IMG/VR virus record: IMGVR_UViG_3300010368_000011
Coordinates: 1 to 64,000 of that record
Length of the DNA stretch: 64,000 nucleotides
Strand: one strand, 5' to 3'
From: a virus
Taxonomy: Duplodnaviria > Heunggongvirae > Uroviricota > Caudoviricetes
This document shows positions 10,426 to 20,799 of the stretch, piece by piece (the first letter of the stretch is position 1; each line of letters opens with the position of its first letter). The notes beneath the pieces were generated by a model, which had not been told where the DNA came from, did no database searches, and was given only the letters and a program-made list of their open reading frames with translations. Position numbers and translations under genes: made by a program.

Positions 10426-10906
10426 TAATTATTGTCATAGAATCTAAGTAGGTCGGCTTGGTTCCTGTCCCTTAATGAGAAACCAACGTGGTCTTCATGC
10501 CACCCTCATGGAAACATGAACATGAAGTTGTAAGATAGGCGATTTGGATAGGTGACTAAAGGATCACTGAACCTCGGTCGGAACTAGTAAGAGATGGTCA
10601 TAGACTAGTTCAGAACTCAGAACTTTAATGAACGGCGAGTATTGTTACAGTTTATACTGTTTCAGTACACAAGGTCTTTGTGCCTATAATCACAAAGGGT
10701 CGGGACGGCTGGCATCCGAAACTGCATTCTGAGGGATATCTAATTTACGTGAAACTGACACCCGGTTGAGTCGCTAAGAGATTCTATTATTATTTCCAAT
10801 TTGTTTTGGTTATTCTAGTGGAGGCCGGGATTTAGCGAGGTATAGCTATGTCCAAATATAGGAATGACCACAGTATATGATCACTCCTATACCCAGATCA
10901 AATTGA

Positions 10907-11449
10907 CTAGCGGGTGAACTGACCGCGCAAACCCTCAACATCAATAAATTCATTACATCCACGACGCAGTGAATCTGCTACCGCTTCTTTCGATGAAACG
11001 ACTGTAACACGAACATTGCGATTACGGAGTTCGGTGAGTAGTGGGGAAAGTTCGCCATCACCGGAAAACAGAACGATATGATCCACAGCCTTGTTACAGA
11101 CCATGGACATGACGTGAACTGAGATATCGGTAGAGACGTTGGATCGCAGACGCTTGGTCATGCCATCTTCATTATCACGGGTCGGTACGAGTTTGGTTTT
11201 AATGCGATACCCATTGTACGACAATAGATCGGTCAATGGCTTCACCGCAGAGAAACCCGAATCTTCAGCGGCTACTGGTGTGAAATAATCCAATTGGACA
11301 TTTTCACAAAGCTCATCAACGTGGTCCCGAAGTTTGAGGAAATCCAGTTGAACATCTTTGTTTTTCAACGTGGCAAACATATTTGCGCCGTCGAATACTA
11401 CCAGTGTCTTCCGATCTTGTACCAAATCGAAAATGTTATCTTGTTTCAT
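10907..11449 (-). CDS. NYN/LabA-like (PIN-fold) ribonuclease domain protein
   Basis: VVFDGANMF and IVLFSGDGELSP motifs typical of NYN/DUF88; ATG with AAGGAA RBS. Confidence 0.7.
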   Translation of the reverse strand: MKQDNIFDLVQDRKTLVVFDGANMFATLKNKDVQLDFLKLRDHVDELCENVQLDYFTPVAAEDSGFSAVKPLTDLLSYNGYRIKTKLVPTRDNEDGMTKRLRSNVSTDISVHVMSMVCNKAVDHIVLFSGDGELSPLLTELRNRNVRVTVVSSKEAVADSLRRGCNEFIDVEGLRGQFTR

Positions 11450-11505
11450 GGCTGTTCCTTAAACATGAATTAAAACTAATCACTAAACAATCAAGTGACA
11501 GCGGA

Positions 11506-11534
11506 ACTATAACGCGCACCAAACAGAATGTCAA
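11506..11534 (-). promoter_or_regulatory. sigma70-like promoter (TTGACA-17-TATAGT) for NYN gene
   Basis: minus-strand hexamers, 17-nt spacer. Confidence 0.5.
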
Positions 11535-11540
11535 CAAGGC

Positions 11541-11569
11541 TTGACAAACTTGTTAACTCCTGTTATACA
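11541..11569 (+). promoter_or_regulatory. sigma70-like promoter (TTGACA-17-TATACA) for 11591 gene; divergent with previous
   Basis: hexamers, 17-nt spacer, 20 nt upstream of GGAG RBS. Confidence 0.5.
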
Positions 11570-11590
11570 TTAAGAAAATCGGAGTAGGTT

Positions 11591-12091
11591 ATGAAATTAG
11601 TGTTTTTAGATATTGACGGTGTTGTTAATACGGCCCGAAACTTATTGTTTCTTCCGAATGAACTTCATCATGGGTCTGGTGCGTTCTTGGAACATATCGA
11701 TCAAGTGTCAGCACACGCTATTCGGTTCCTGTGTGAATACACTGGATGCAAGATCGTGATCAACTCGACGCACGGTGCAAATGGTGAAGATTATATCCGC
11801 GATTTGTTCATGAAGGTTGGATATGATATTTCCGAAGACCTTTATATCCGATGGTGTTCTGGTTTTCCCAACGAGAATATGAATCGTGGGGATGCTATTA
11901 AGCAATTCATGAACACTATGAGAGAATCAGGCGAAGAAGTGACGCATTGGTGTGTTATCGATGATGCATCTTTGCCTGATCTACAAGAACATCATGTTAA
12001 ACCAGATAGTCAAAATGGAATCATGATGCAAGACTTTGAACAAGCTTGTAAAATCTTGGGAAAACCGTTTACCGGATTGATTATCATCTAA
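11591..12091 (+). CDS. HAD-superfamily phosphatase-like protein
   Basis: N-terminal LDIDGVVNTARN (DxDGV motif I). Confidence 0.5.
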   Translation: MKLVFLDIDGVVNTARNLLFLPNELHHGSGAFLEHIDQVSAHAIRFLCEYTGCKIVINSTHGANGEDYIRDLFMKVGYDISEDLYIRWCSGFPNENMNRGDAIKQFMNTMRESGEEVTHWCVIDDASLPDLQEHHVKPDSQNGIMMQDFEQACKILGKPFTGLIII

Positions 12092-12160
12092 CTCTATTGC
12101 CAAGTTGATGATTGACCAGTATACATGAAATTCATTTACAACCCATTTTAGGAGAAATTA

Positions 12161-14143
12161 ATGGGAACGATTATTATCGCATTGCTCGGGGTCGCCAGTC
12201 TTGGTGTAGCGTGGGTAGCAGCAGGTCTTTTCAAGCCTCATGATTGGGCCGTTCGAATCGGCGGCACGATCTTGGGAATTTTGTTTATCGTTGGTTCCGG
12301 GTGGAACAGTTCTATTATCGTTGTTCCTGACGATGCCACTGGTCACTATACCCGAACCTATTTTGGTGAATCGATGCGCGATGGACAAATCATCGCAGTC
12401 GGTGGACAACAAGGCCCGAACGCTCGTATTTGGGGTCCGGGTTTCCATATCGAACCACTGATGGGTTTGTGGGGAACTTTTGAAAATCTGCCAGTCGTTG
12501 AAATTCCGGCAGACCATTATGGTGCTATTGTCGCCATTGACGGTTCACCACTGAGTGAAGATGCTATCGCAGCACGCCCACTTCCCGGTACTGCAATTTC
12601 GGCATCCATCCCTCGGCATTCTGCAACCGAACCAGTTCCGCCATCATCTAATGTGCGCAACGTGTTTGATTCGCAGCAATTCCTGACTTCGGTGGCAGAC
12701 GGTGGTATTGGTGGTCAAAAAGGTCTTCAATCATCAGTGCTTCTTCCCGGTACACATCGTATCAATCTGTATCTGTTCAATGTTCGGATCACGGACTCTC
12801 GTGGTAACCTGATTGGTTATTATGATCGAAACGGCATGCATAATGTCGCAACACAAGTTCGCGGTCTTGATAGCACTCCAACTGTAACCACGGTAATTCC
12901 TACGGGTTATGTTGGTGTCGTTCGTTCGAACATCGATGAAGGCTGGCGCAATGACTGTGATCAAGTCCGTGAAGTCGAACAAGGTGACTTGATTGCAACT
13001 CTTGTTCCTGTCGGCTGTAAAGGTGTTTGGGAACGTCCACTCACGCCGGGTTCATACTTCATCAATCCACTGATCTATGATATCACTCTGATCGATACTC
13101 GTGCACAGCGCTTCGAATATTCCGGTGGATATGAGCGTTGCTCGATTTCACTGGATGTCACTCCTACTGGTGGCATCGAACAAGGTCAGCGTCGGTGCGA
13201 AACAGTTGCTACGTCCTCTTCGTCTGCTGATAATGCGATCACTGTGATTTCTGAAGGCTGGAATATTCCAGTAGAACTTCGGGTGATGGGTCAGGTTACA
13301 GCCGCACAAGCACCAGCCATTGTGGCAGCAGTCGGTGACTTGGGTGCTGTTGAAGATCGAATCATTACACCGATGATTCGTTCACGGGTTCGTAATATTG
13401 GTGGTGGTCGAGTTTATGCCCCTGTTGATGAAGTATGTTCATTCAACGAGAATGGTGGTGAAAACTGTGTGTCCATCGATTTCGAAGTTGATACGCCTCA
13501 TCCATATATGTTCAATCCTGATGGTTCGCCGGTTATTCAATCGGCTGGTACACAAGCGTATCATTATCGTGCCACTCGGGCTTTGGACTTCTCCAATCGT
13601 CGTGCATCACTTGAAGCCGAAATCTCTCATGCAGTTATGAGCGGATCGACTACTTCGGGTATCAACATTCTGGAAGTGACCATGGGTGAACCAGCTGTTC
13701 CACCTGAACTCCTGATCGCACCACAGCGTGATCAGATTGCTTCGCAGCTGGAAGTTACCTTCGTACAGGAAGAACGTGCCCAGCAGGCTCGTATTGCGAC
13801 TGAACAACAACGTGCAACGGCTGATCAACAGGCTGAACTCGTTGCGGCTCAAATCTACGCCCAGACGCAACAGCAACGTGGTAATGCTGACCGTGAATAT
13901 CTTGAAGCCCTTTCGGCTGGTCAGCGTGCACAGGTTCTGGTTCTCGGTGAAGAACGGGTTCAGGAACTGCGCGAACTGGAACTTCAACTGGCATTCCAAA
14001 CTGGTGTAGTCCAGATGCTGGTTGATAATCCTGAAATTCTTGGAAGCATCAATCTACCGGATACGGTTCTGTTCGGTGGTGGTGGTATTGAAAATGCTGC
14101 GGCCATCCTTCAGGGTAGCCTTGGTGGTCGAACACCACAGTAA
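12161..14143 (+). CDS. SPFH/band-7 (flotillin-like) membrane protein, 660 aa
   Basis: N-terminal TM helix, then IIVVPDDATGHYTRTYFG...GPGFHIEPL band-7 pattern; C-terminal Gln/Ala/Glu-rich coiled coil; GC-richer than neighbours; GGAG RBS. Confidence 0.65.
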   Translation: MGTIIIALLGVASLGVAWVAAGLFKPHDWAVRIGGTILGILFIVGSGWNSSIIVVPDDATGHYTRTYFGESMRDGQIIAVGGQQGPNARIWGPGFHIEPLMGLWGTFENLPVVEIPADHYGAIVAIDGSPLSEDAIAARPLPGTAISASIPRHSATEPVPPSSNVRNVFDSQQFLTSVADGGIGGQKGLQSSVLLPGTHRINLYLFNVRITDSRGNLIGYYDRNGMHNVATQVRGLDSTPTVTTVIPTGYVGVVRSNIDEGWRNDCDQVREVEQGDLIATLVPVGCKGVWERPLTPGSYFINPLIYDITLIDTRAQRFEYSGGYERCSISLDVTPTGGIEQGQRRCETVATSSSSADNAITVISEGWNIPVELRVMGQVTAAQAPAIVAAVGDLGAVEDRIITPMIRSRVRNIGGGRVYAPVDEVCSFNENGGENCVSIDFEVDTPHPYMFNPDGSPVIQSAGTQAYHYRATRALDFSNRRASLEAEISHAVMSGSTTSGINILEVTMGEPAVPPELLIAPQRDQIASQLEVTFVQEERAQQARIATEQQRATADQQAELVAAQIYAQTQQQRGNADREYLEALSAGQRAQVLVLGEERVQELRELELQLAFQTGVVQMLVDNPEILGSINLPDTVLFGGGGIENAAAILQGSLGGRTPQ

Positions 14144-14166
14144 CAGTTGATCTGATCTAAACAATG

Positions 14167-14201
14167 AAGGCGGCTCTGGTTAATTCCGGGGCCGCTTTTT
14201 G
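14167..14201. terminator. bidirectional rho-independent terminator between convergent genes
   Basis: GGCGGCTCTGG-TTAATT-CCGGGGCCGC stem-loop followed by TTTTTG. Confidence 0.65.
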
Positions 14202-14618
14202 TTAGTCTTCATCAAAAGTGGTTCGTCTCGATTTCATCAAAATGCGGAATACAGAAAATTCTCGCAATTTAGCTAAACATGATGGTTCAGAACCACCCAT
14301 CATATCGACAACGATTTCACCAGTGCGATTTGGATTATTGAAATGATAAACAGAAAACACGGTTTTGTTTACGTATAATTTCAACACATCTTCATATTCA
14401 TAAAACAGTGGATCATTGCCAATAACTTCTTCATGAAGTGAATTCGCATCCCAGAACGCAATCATGTCATCACCGGGTGAATAGAACCCACGAAGTTCTT
14501 CATGTGCATTTATTCCTACAGCAACACTCTTATATGAAGGATGCATCATGACTTCTGTTGGACCACGTAGACCTTGAACCGTTTCATATTCTGTTTCAAA
14601 TAGATTTTCTATTTTCAT
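14202..14618 (-). CDS. hypothetical protein (138 aa)
   Basis: track ORF trimmed to ATG overlapping TAA of upstream gene with AAGGGAG RBS. Confidence 0.5.
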   Translation of the reverse strand: MKIENLFETEYETVQGLRGPTEVMMHPSYKSVAVGINAHEELRGFYSPGDDMIAFWDANSLHEEVIGNDPLFYEYEDVLKLYVNKTVFSVYHFNNPNRTGEIVVDMMGGSEPSCLAKLREFSVFRILMKSRRTTFDED

Positions 14619-17347
14619 TACCATGCTCCCTTAACGAAGAATTTCATCACGGCAGCAGAACCAGCTGTCATGGTATATTTGAGTTTTCTGAACCCGCCCT
14701 CATAGACAGTTGAGAAAACAACACCAACATCACCAATGTCGTTGTGTTCATGATCCATAGAAATTGCGGTTCCATTATCATTGATGATTATTTCACCCGC
14801 TTCCTGATTAGCACCACGAGTAATAACATAATACAAGACGAAGAAATCATATTCACCAACACCGGTATTCAGGAAGTCTGAAATACTAGTGGCCGCATTA
14901 GTTGGAACCAGTGTGGCACTTCTTTCAACTTCAGCAGCTTCAGCAATCACGTCACTAGGGATTTCGACTTCAATCTTTCGATCCCAGTTGAATATATTGG
15001 CATGAATGATGTCTCTACCCTTTGGAGATGGGTTTGATCGACCCTGAGTAGGTGACAGGACATCGTGAATTGATTTTAGTTCCCATGGTCGCATGTCATC
15101 CTCCAATGATCTGTCAGACGAAAATTCTCTAAGTTTACGCGTCCAGTTATAAGGTTGCCATTCCCGTTTGTTGTCTTTTTCTTTGAGCAACCATTTACCA
15201 GCTTGATAACGATACAATTTATTAGGGTACATATCGATGCGAACAACATAATCGCCTTCTGTTGGACTCGCCGGGAAACTACTCACTTGTGTGACAGGTC
15301 GTCCGTTCGGTGGTTTCCCATCATCAGACCACATATGAGAAATAATAACTCCCTCATCGCTGATATATAATGGGGTTGTATCATAATTGGTTGTATAAGC
15401 TTGCTCATCGGCGGCATCTTGGATTTTTGCCGTTGATGCTTCAATGTGTTTGCGATTAGATGTTTGTTCTCTAAGGGTTTTACCGTATTCATCCTTGCGT
15501 TCCATCAGATCGATGAACTCTTGGCTATCTCTGATTGGTTTCAGAGTTGCAGCAAGAATATGATATTGGTATGATGGATCATAACCAGTAGGTGATCTGG
15601 AAAGTGTATCGACTTCATAATAACGATTTGCGATTGATCCATCTTCACCAATTTCGCGAAGATGAGGCATTTCCAATACATCACCGGGTTTAAGTCTACG
15701 TCCAACTTTATCCACCATGTCTACTTTGTGAAATTCAATTTGAATAATATCACCAAGCAAAGACATTCCGAAGCGAGCATAATCAAGTTCGTTTTCAGAA
15801 ACCGCGTAAGCACCCTTTAATCGAATAGCATTATCGGAATATTTTCTATCTCGGTTCTCACCAAGCACAACATCCTGAATACCATCTAGAACACCATCAT
15901 CCAAAACCCCGAAAGCTTCATCGAGTTGTGTTCCGGGTGTGCCGTCCACGTTGGATTGGTCATGAGTTCCAAGTAATTTCCAAATGTAACAAGTGACACC
16001 ACCAATATCAATAATTTGTTTATTTATTCCTGACAGGAATTGAGAGTCTTTATTATTGGGGTCACCTTCTTTATACAATTCAAATTGGCGTGAAGGTTTA
16101 AATTTCGATGCACCACCGAATATTTGACCAAATTCGACATTGATGTTTGAACTGATAAAGATATTTGCTTCAACACCCAGTAGTGGCGAGGTTATTGTTA
16201 GTGTTGCCGTTGGTGTATCAATAAGAACACCGGTTCCAATTGATGGTGCGAATGTTGTGATTGCTGCACCATACATCGGTGGTTTAATATTGACACCGAC
16301 TGATACGATAGCGACGAAGGTGGTGATTGTGATGTCGCTAGCTGGTGGTGAAACATAGCTACCTGATACTTCTTGTTGGTTTGATACATCATAGAATGTT
16401 ACGGGTGAATACTGGTTTGTATATTGGGCAGCAATGTGATCCGCTGATAATACACCAGTGAAGAAGTGAATTTCATCAACGATGATACCACCGGCTGAAT
16501 TGATTGTATCACCCTTGTCGTTGATTTTTAATGTATCGCCGGAATCAATAGTACCGGTTGCTCCACCAGATGAGATATTTCCGATTGGTGCACCGTTGTG
16601 ATATGATCTATTGAATAGATTATCGATAGTGACTGACAAGAAGTTCCAAGAACTCTGATTGACTGTACCGAATCCATGAGCACCACCACCGTTTTCAGCG
16701 GTTAGAACCCATTGGGATGCTTGTGTATATAAAGTGAAGTCTTCGGCACTGGTCGCGAAGTTACCCATTACATATGGACCCGTAAATGATTCGGGCTTAA
16801 CCCATGCTTGAAATGTTAGTGGATAATCAATAACCTGAAGACCGGTATCATGAATATCGCCAGCATCAGGGAATCTATATGCCTTACCGGTGATACCATC
16901 AACTTCGACTGGTGTTCCGTAGGTAGTAGAGCTTACTGTACCGGTTGAATCGGTTTGACCACCATCGTGTGATACATATTGATATGATGTCCAGACAGAA
17001 GCATCATATGGCTCGGTATGGACTGCATTTCCATAATATACAAAAAGTGTGGTGTCATTTGTGGATGATACGGTTGGGATTCGAACCCATATTTCTAATT
17101 TCTTTGATCCAATATCAAAATTAACAATTTCATGACTTAGTTTGGTGACACCATCGCTTGCAGTAATGATGATATCGGTGCCATCGGCTTTTGCTCTATC
17201 AAACACATCGTTGTTGATTCCGGGCTTAACGAAACCAGTCTCGTCCATATACAGAACGAAATTATTAAGTGTTGATGTTACGTTTTCGCTATGAACTGTA
17301 ACTAATTGTCGGTGCTGCCATAGAGCATTATACCATTGCTGTGCCAT
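14618..17347 (-). CDS. large structural protein (909 aa) with concanavalin/LamG-like domain; baseplate or fibre component
   Basis: ORF track; LamG-like segment (…FQAWVKPESFTG…FLSVTIDN…); C-terminal ~90 aa homologous to small ORF 35978..36304. Confidence 0.6.
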   Translation of the reverse strand: MAQQWYNALWQHRQLVTVHSENVTSTLNNFVLYMDETGFVKPGINNDVFDRAKADGTDIIITASDGVTKLSHEIVNFDIGSKKLEIWVRIPTVSSTNDTTLFVYYGNAVHTEPYDASVWTSYQYVSHDGGQTDSTGTVSSTTYGTPVEVDGITGKAYRFPDAGDIHDTGLQVIDYPLTFQAWVKPESFTGPYVMGNFATSAEDFTLYTQASQWVLTAENGGGAHGFGTVNQSSWNFLSVTIDNLFNRSYHNGAPIGNISSGGATGTIDSGDTLKINDKGDTINSAGGIIVDEIHFFTGVLSADHIAAQYTNQYSPVTFYDVSNQQEVSGSYVSPPASDITITTFVAIVSVGVNIKPPMYGAAITTFAPSIGTGVLIDTPTATLTITSPLLGVEANIFISSNINVEFGQIFGGASKFKPSRQFELYKEGDPNNKDSQFLSGINKQIIDIGGVTCYIWKLLGTHDQSNVDGTPGTQLDEAFGVLDDGVLDGIQDVVLGENRDRKYSDNAIRLKGAYAVSENELDYARFGMSLLGDIIQIEFHKVDMVDKVGRRLKPGDVLEMPHLREIGEDGSIANRYYEVDTLSRSPTGYDPSYQYHILAATLKPIRDSQEFIDLMERKDEYGKTLREQTSNRKHIEASTAKIQDAADEQAYTTNYDTTPLYISDEGVIISHMWSDDGKPPNGRPVTQVSSFPASPTEGDYVVRIDMYPNKLYRYQAGKWLLKEKDNKREWQPYNWTRKLREFSSDRSLEDDMRPWELKSIHDVLSPTQGRSNPSPKGRDIIHANIFNWDRKIEVEIPSDVIAEAAEVERSATLVPTNAATSISDFLNTGVGEYDFFVLYYVITRGANQEAGEIIINDNGTAISMDHEHNDIGDVGVVFSTVYEGGFRKLKYTMTAGSAAVMKFFVKGAW

Positions 17348-17350
17348 ATA

Positions 17351-17602
17351 TTAGCTACTAACAAGTGCGAACACTTCTTGAATACGAGTGATTAACTCGC
17401 CCTCAATATCATCGAGGTCAGCGATATCAGATGCTGAAAAGTTGTCAGTATCATTTCGCATTTGTTCACGAAGTTCACTAAATCTAACTTTTCGTATAAT
17501 GACATCATTGATAATGTTTGAAGCACTTCTAGTAATTTCTTGCTTATGCTTCAACAGTTCTGCACCAACTTGTGATCTAACGCCGTCTCTTATAATGCTC
17601 AT
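17351..17602 (-). CDS. hypothetical protein (83 aa)
   Basis: ORF track, operon context. Confidence 0.45.
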   Translation of the reverse strand: MSIIRDGVRSQVGAELLKHKQEITRSASNIINDVIIRKVRFSELREQMRNDTDNFSASDIADLDDIEGELITRIQEVFALVSS

Positions 17603-18051
17603 GATATTCTAAAAATTCCATTTGCGTTAAAGGTGATGCGGAACTCGGTTCCTTCACCAGCTGATTGTGATCCTTCGAAATCGATAGAACACACCAGTTT
17701 ATCATCAGTTGCCGTATCATCATAAATGACGGCAAAAGCTGCTGGACCAAGAGCACCACCAGTTGCTGTCCATGTGACACTATCTGCATCAAACGTAACA
17801 ACACCACCGGACTCTAACCACGATGTATTGGCGAGAACTACTCCACCACCTGTATAACCATTACCGGCAGAAATCTCATTGGTACTGACTTGTGACCAAT
17901 CTGTATGAGTTGAGACGTATGAATGGTTGCTATCCATGAGAGCAATTTTGAACTGATCGGTATCTAAATCGATGCTGCCATCTCCCATATATAGTTTGAA
18001 TTTATTGTAAACGCTGATTGTTGCCATGACATTTCCTATCGGATGTTTCAC
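17599..18051 (-). CDS. hypothetical virion protein (150 aa)
   Basis: ORF track; first gene of minus-strand structural operon. Confidence 0.5.
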   Translation of the reverse strand: MKHPIGNVMATISVYNKFKLYMGDGSIDLDTDQFKIALMDSNHSYVSTHTDWSQVSTNEISAGNGYTGGGVVLANTSWLESGGVVTFDADSVTWTATGGALGPAAFAVIYDDTATDDKLVCSIDFEGSQSAGEGTEFRITFNANGIFRIS

Positions 18052-18098
18052 ATCTATTTACTGTTAGGATAAATATCCATAAGCAAATAGGTGTGACA

Positions 18099-18845
18099 AT
18101 GGAAAAACGTAACGATCTTGAGAAACTATTCTATTCAATTTACGTAAAATTGGGTGGTACGAGTATTGAGGTAGAAATAGAACAGGATGATTACAATGTT
18201 GCATTCGATGAAGCATTGAGAATATACAGAACCTATTCTCGTAATGCTATTCATGAAGGTTTCTTCTTCATGGAATTAAAAGCAGGACAACAATCTTACT
18301 CACTTCCAGAAGAAGTGGACAATGTAAAAGAAATCAGACGAATGCGAACAGCTCTACTCGCTGGTGGCCAAGGCTTTGAACCATTTTCTGCGGCATTTGT
18401 ACAACACACCCTTCGATATAGAGATACAACTTTCCCCGGACTTGTTAATTTCGAAGCCTTATCACAGTTCCAAGAACAGATTGGTAAAATGTTTGGTGAA
18501 CATATCATGTTTGAATTTGATGAAGGTGAAAGCAAAATTAATCTATGGCGCACAATTCGTGCAGATGAAAAGATTATGTTAGAAGTTTCTGCCGTCAAGA
18601 GTATCAAACGCCTATTAGCTAGTTCGGCAGCTTATAGATGGTTGTCACAATATACTGAAGGTGGCGTTCGTATGATACTTGGTGAAAAATATTCCAAGTT
18701 CGCAACTATTCCGGGTCCACAAGGTGGAACAGTGATGAAGGGTAGCGATCTTATCCAGAGCGGTCATGATATGAAGGAAGCCTTAATTCAAGAATTGGTG
18801 GATTATGCAGATGGGGGTGGCGGTCCAATGCCTTTCTTTGGTTGA
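18099..18845 (+). CDS. hypothetical baseplate-module protein (248 aa)
   Basis: track ORF (GTG 18093) trimmed to ATG 18099 with AGGTG RBS. Confidence 0.5.
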   Translation: MEKRNDLEKLFYSIYVKLGGTSIEVEIEQDDYNVAFDEALRIYRTYSRNAIHEGFFFMELKAGQQSYSLPEEVDNVKEIRRMRTALLAGGQGFEPFSAAFVQHTLRYRDTTFPGLVNFEALSQFQEQIGKMFGEHIMFEFDEGESKINLWRTIRADEKIMLEVSAVKSIKRLLASSAAYRWLSQYTEGGVRMILGEKYSKFATIPGPQGGTVMKGSDLIQSGHDMKEALIQELVDYADGGGGPMPFFG

Positions 18846-19990
18846 TGTTTGTATACGAAGCACACGAACGGGTATCGAGTCCTCATGATTATAGTCATGA
18901 ATATATTTTATATATAAATCCCTCGAAATCAAAATTGAAACACCTTGTTAAGAACAGGATTGCGGTTCGCGGTCTTGTTCTTGATGATTCTAGAACATTC
19001 ATTGTTGCAGATGCTGCTGAGTGTGATCATGATATGATGAGACACAATTTAGTATTTGACTTGGGATACAAAGAAACTATAGTTGATGAATCAACTGAAT
19101 TATTTGTCACGGACATAAATTCTAAAGAAGGATCATATTATACTGATAGTATTAGTATTTCTGATATGAATGTATACTATCGCGGTATTGATATGGGTGG
19201 GAAACCACTATCTGATCTTATTAGAAGTAATACGGGCTTACATGCTGGCCTTGGTCAAATGAACGAAAGCGAAAAGAAAGCTTTTGTTCACCTGATTATG
19301 GAGGAAGAGTTAATGGAAGCATCTTTAGGAAATCGCATTACAGCAATAGCGGCATCGCTAGGACTGTTAATGTCGTCAATGGTGGCACCGTTACGTGTTG
19401 TGACCAGATCGCCATCAGTGGCGGCTGTAGAAGCCGTTGATGCCCCTATTGTGATTGACCCGGCAACCTTCGAACGATGGATGACCACCCAATCACATGA
19501 TGAAAAGGAATATGAATCAATGAATCCAGATGCATATGATGTTGAAGCACTAATACAAACCGATGATTTTATATATTTGTCCCTAACGATTTGGGGTGAG
19601 GCTCGTTCTACTGGTGAAATCGGTATGCGTGCAGTTGGCCATGTTATTGTAAACCGGGCAAATATTGGCGTTCAAATGTATGGTGGTGAAACCATTCGTG
19701 GTGTTGCAACCAAAGATCGACAATTTTCATGCTGGAATGACGATGATCCAAATAGAGACAAGATGCTGAACATTGATTCAATCATTCCAGAATCACCAGA
19801 CGGTGTTGCATGGAAGGTTGCACAAGCAGTTGCCGTACAAATTCTGACTGGCCGTAGTGAAGACCCTACTAATGGAGCGACAATGTATCATACTGCTAGG
19901 ATCAATCCATATTGGGCAGATGATGAGCGAACTGAAGAAGTGTCAAGAATAGCTGGACACGTATTTTATATAGATACCAAGTGGACTTAA
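18845..19990 (+). CDS. virion-associated cell-wall hydrolase, SleB-like C-terminal domain
   Basis: C-terminal TIWGEARSTGEIGMRAVGHVIVNR...QFSCWND pattern of Hydrolase_2/SleB; ATG 18845 overlaps upstream TGA. Confidence 0.65.
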   Translation: MFVYEAHERVSSPHDYSHEYILYINPSKSKLKHLVKNRIAVRGLVLDDSRTFIVADAAECDHDMMRHNLVFDLGYKETIVDESTELFVTDINSKEGSYYTDSISISDMNVYYRGIDMGGKPLSDLIRSNTGLHAGLGQMNESEKKAFVHLIMEEELMEASLGNRITAIAASLGLLMSSMVAPLRVVTRSPSVAAVEAVDAPIVIDPATFERWMTTQSHDEKEYESMNPDAYDVEALIQTDDFIYLSLTIWGEARSTGEIGMRAVGHVIVNRANIGVQMYGGETIRGVATKDRQFSCWNDDDPNRDKMLNIDSIIPESPDGVAWKVAQAVAVQILTGRSEDPTNGATMYHTARINPYWADDERTEEVSRIAGHVFYIDTKWT

Positions 19991-20151
19991 TGGCTAGTTA
20001 AAATACGAATAGCCATTTCATTATATAGACGGATCATAAATTTTTCTATATTGATATCGTCTTCGGCATTATCTTGTAATGCTTTAATATAATGATATAA
20101 GTTCTTATTGGTTACTTGTGATATTAATGCCTCTTGTTCTATAACACTCAT
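19987..20151 (-). CDS. possible small protein (54 aa), not in ORF track
   Basis: ATG..TAA on minus strand in otherwise empty 230-bp gap; weak RBS. Confidence 0.25.
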   Translation of the reverse strand: MSVIEQEALISQVTNKNLYHYIKALQDNAEDDINIEKFMIRLYNEMAIRILTSH

Positions 20152-20217
20152 TGACTTTGCTCTATATATGTGTTATAGTATTTTATAGGCGAGCAACATT
20201 CTGGTGAAAGATATACT

Positions 20218-20799
20218 ATGGAAACCAATATTGCAATAATCTGTAGAATGGCTGATTTGAATAATATGTCGGCTCCATTCCGCGTAGTGATTGAACCAAA
20301 TCCCACCGTAAAAAATCCACCAGTGATGTCACTGTGGCTTAATCGTGGTGATCTTACTGGTAGTTTTCACCATAAAGGTGATGTGTCTACATATTGGACT
20401 GCTCGGGTATCCAGAACCTATCTGTTGAATCAGGGGATTAAGTTGCACCATATTGCCAAACTCAAGACCCGTGCCGAAACCAGTATGGTGAACGAATGGT
20501 TGCATGTTCTGCGTGAAATTTCTTGCAGAGACGCATATCGCAAGTTTATACCAAACACTTGGCATAAAGGGCCACTTCAAAAATTGCTCTATGAAGTTGA
20601 AGATGAAGCCCTGTTGCGTTTCACCAAATCAAATCTGCGTGATATGAAGCGTCGGTTTGAAACTATTGGTAAACAGTTTGCGGCTTATCAAAAGGCGGCG
20701 ACTGATGAGGCCAAGGTGAAACAGCGCGAGGCTGCTCATGCGCAAATGGAAAAACGAAACCAAATCAGAGAGGAATTGAAACAAGGTCGATATTCTTGA
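20218..20799 (+). CDS. hypothetical protein (193 aa)
   Basis: ORF track. Confidence 0.5.
   Translation: METNIAIICRMADLNNMSAPFRVVIEPNPTVKNPPVMSLWLNRGDLTGSFHHKGDVSTYWTARVSRTYLLNQGIKLHHIAKLKTRAETSMVNEWLHVLREISCRDAYRKFIPNTWHKGPLQKLLYEVEDEALLRFTKSNLRDMKRRFETIGKQFAAYQKAATDEAKVKQREAAHAQMEKRNQIREELKQGRYS

Noticed and set aside
12158-14009. Several 70-130-aa ORFs on both strands inside the SPFH gene
   Set aside because: GC-rich gene generates spurious alternative frames; all nested in a 660-aa gene with clear domain signature.
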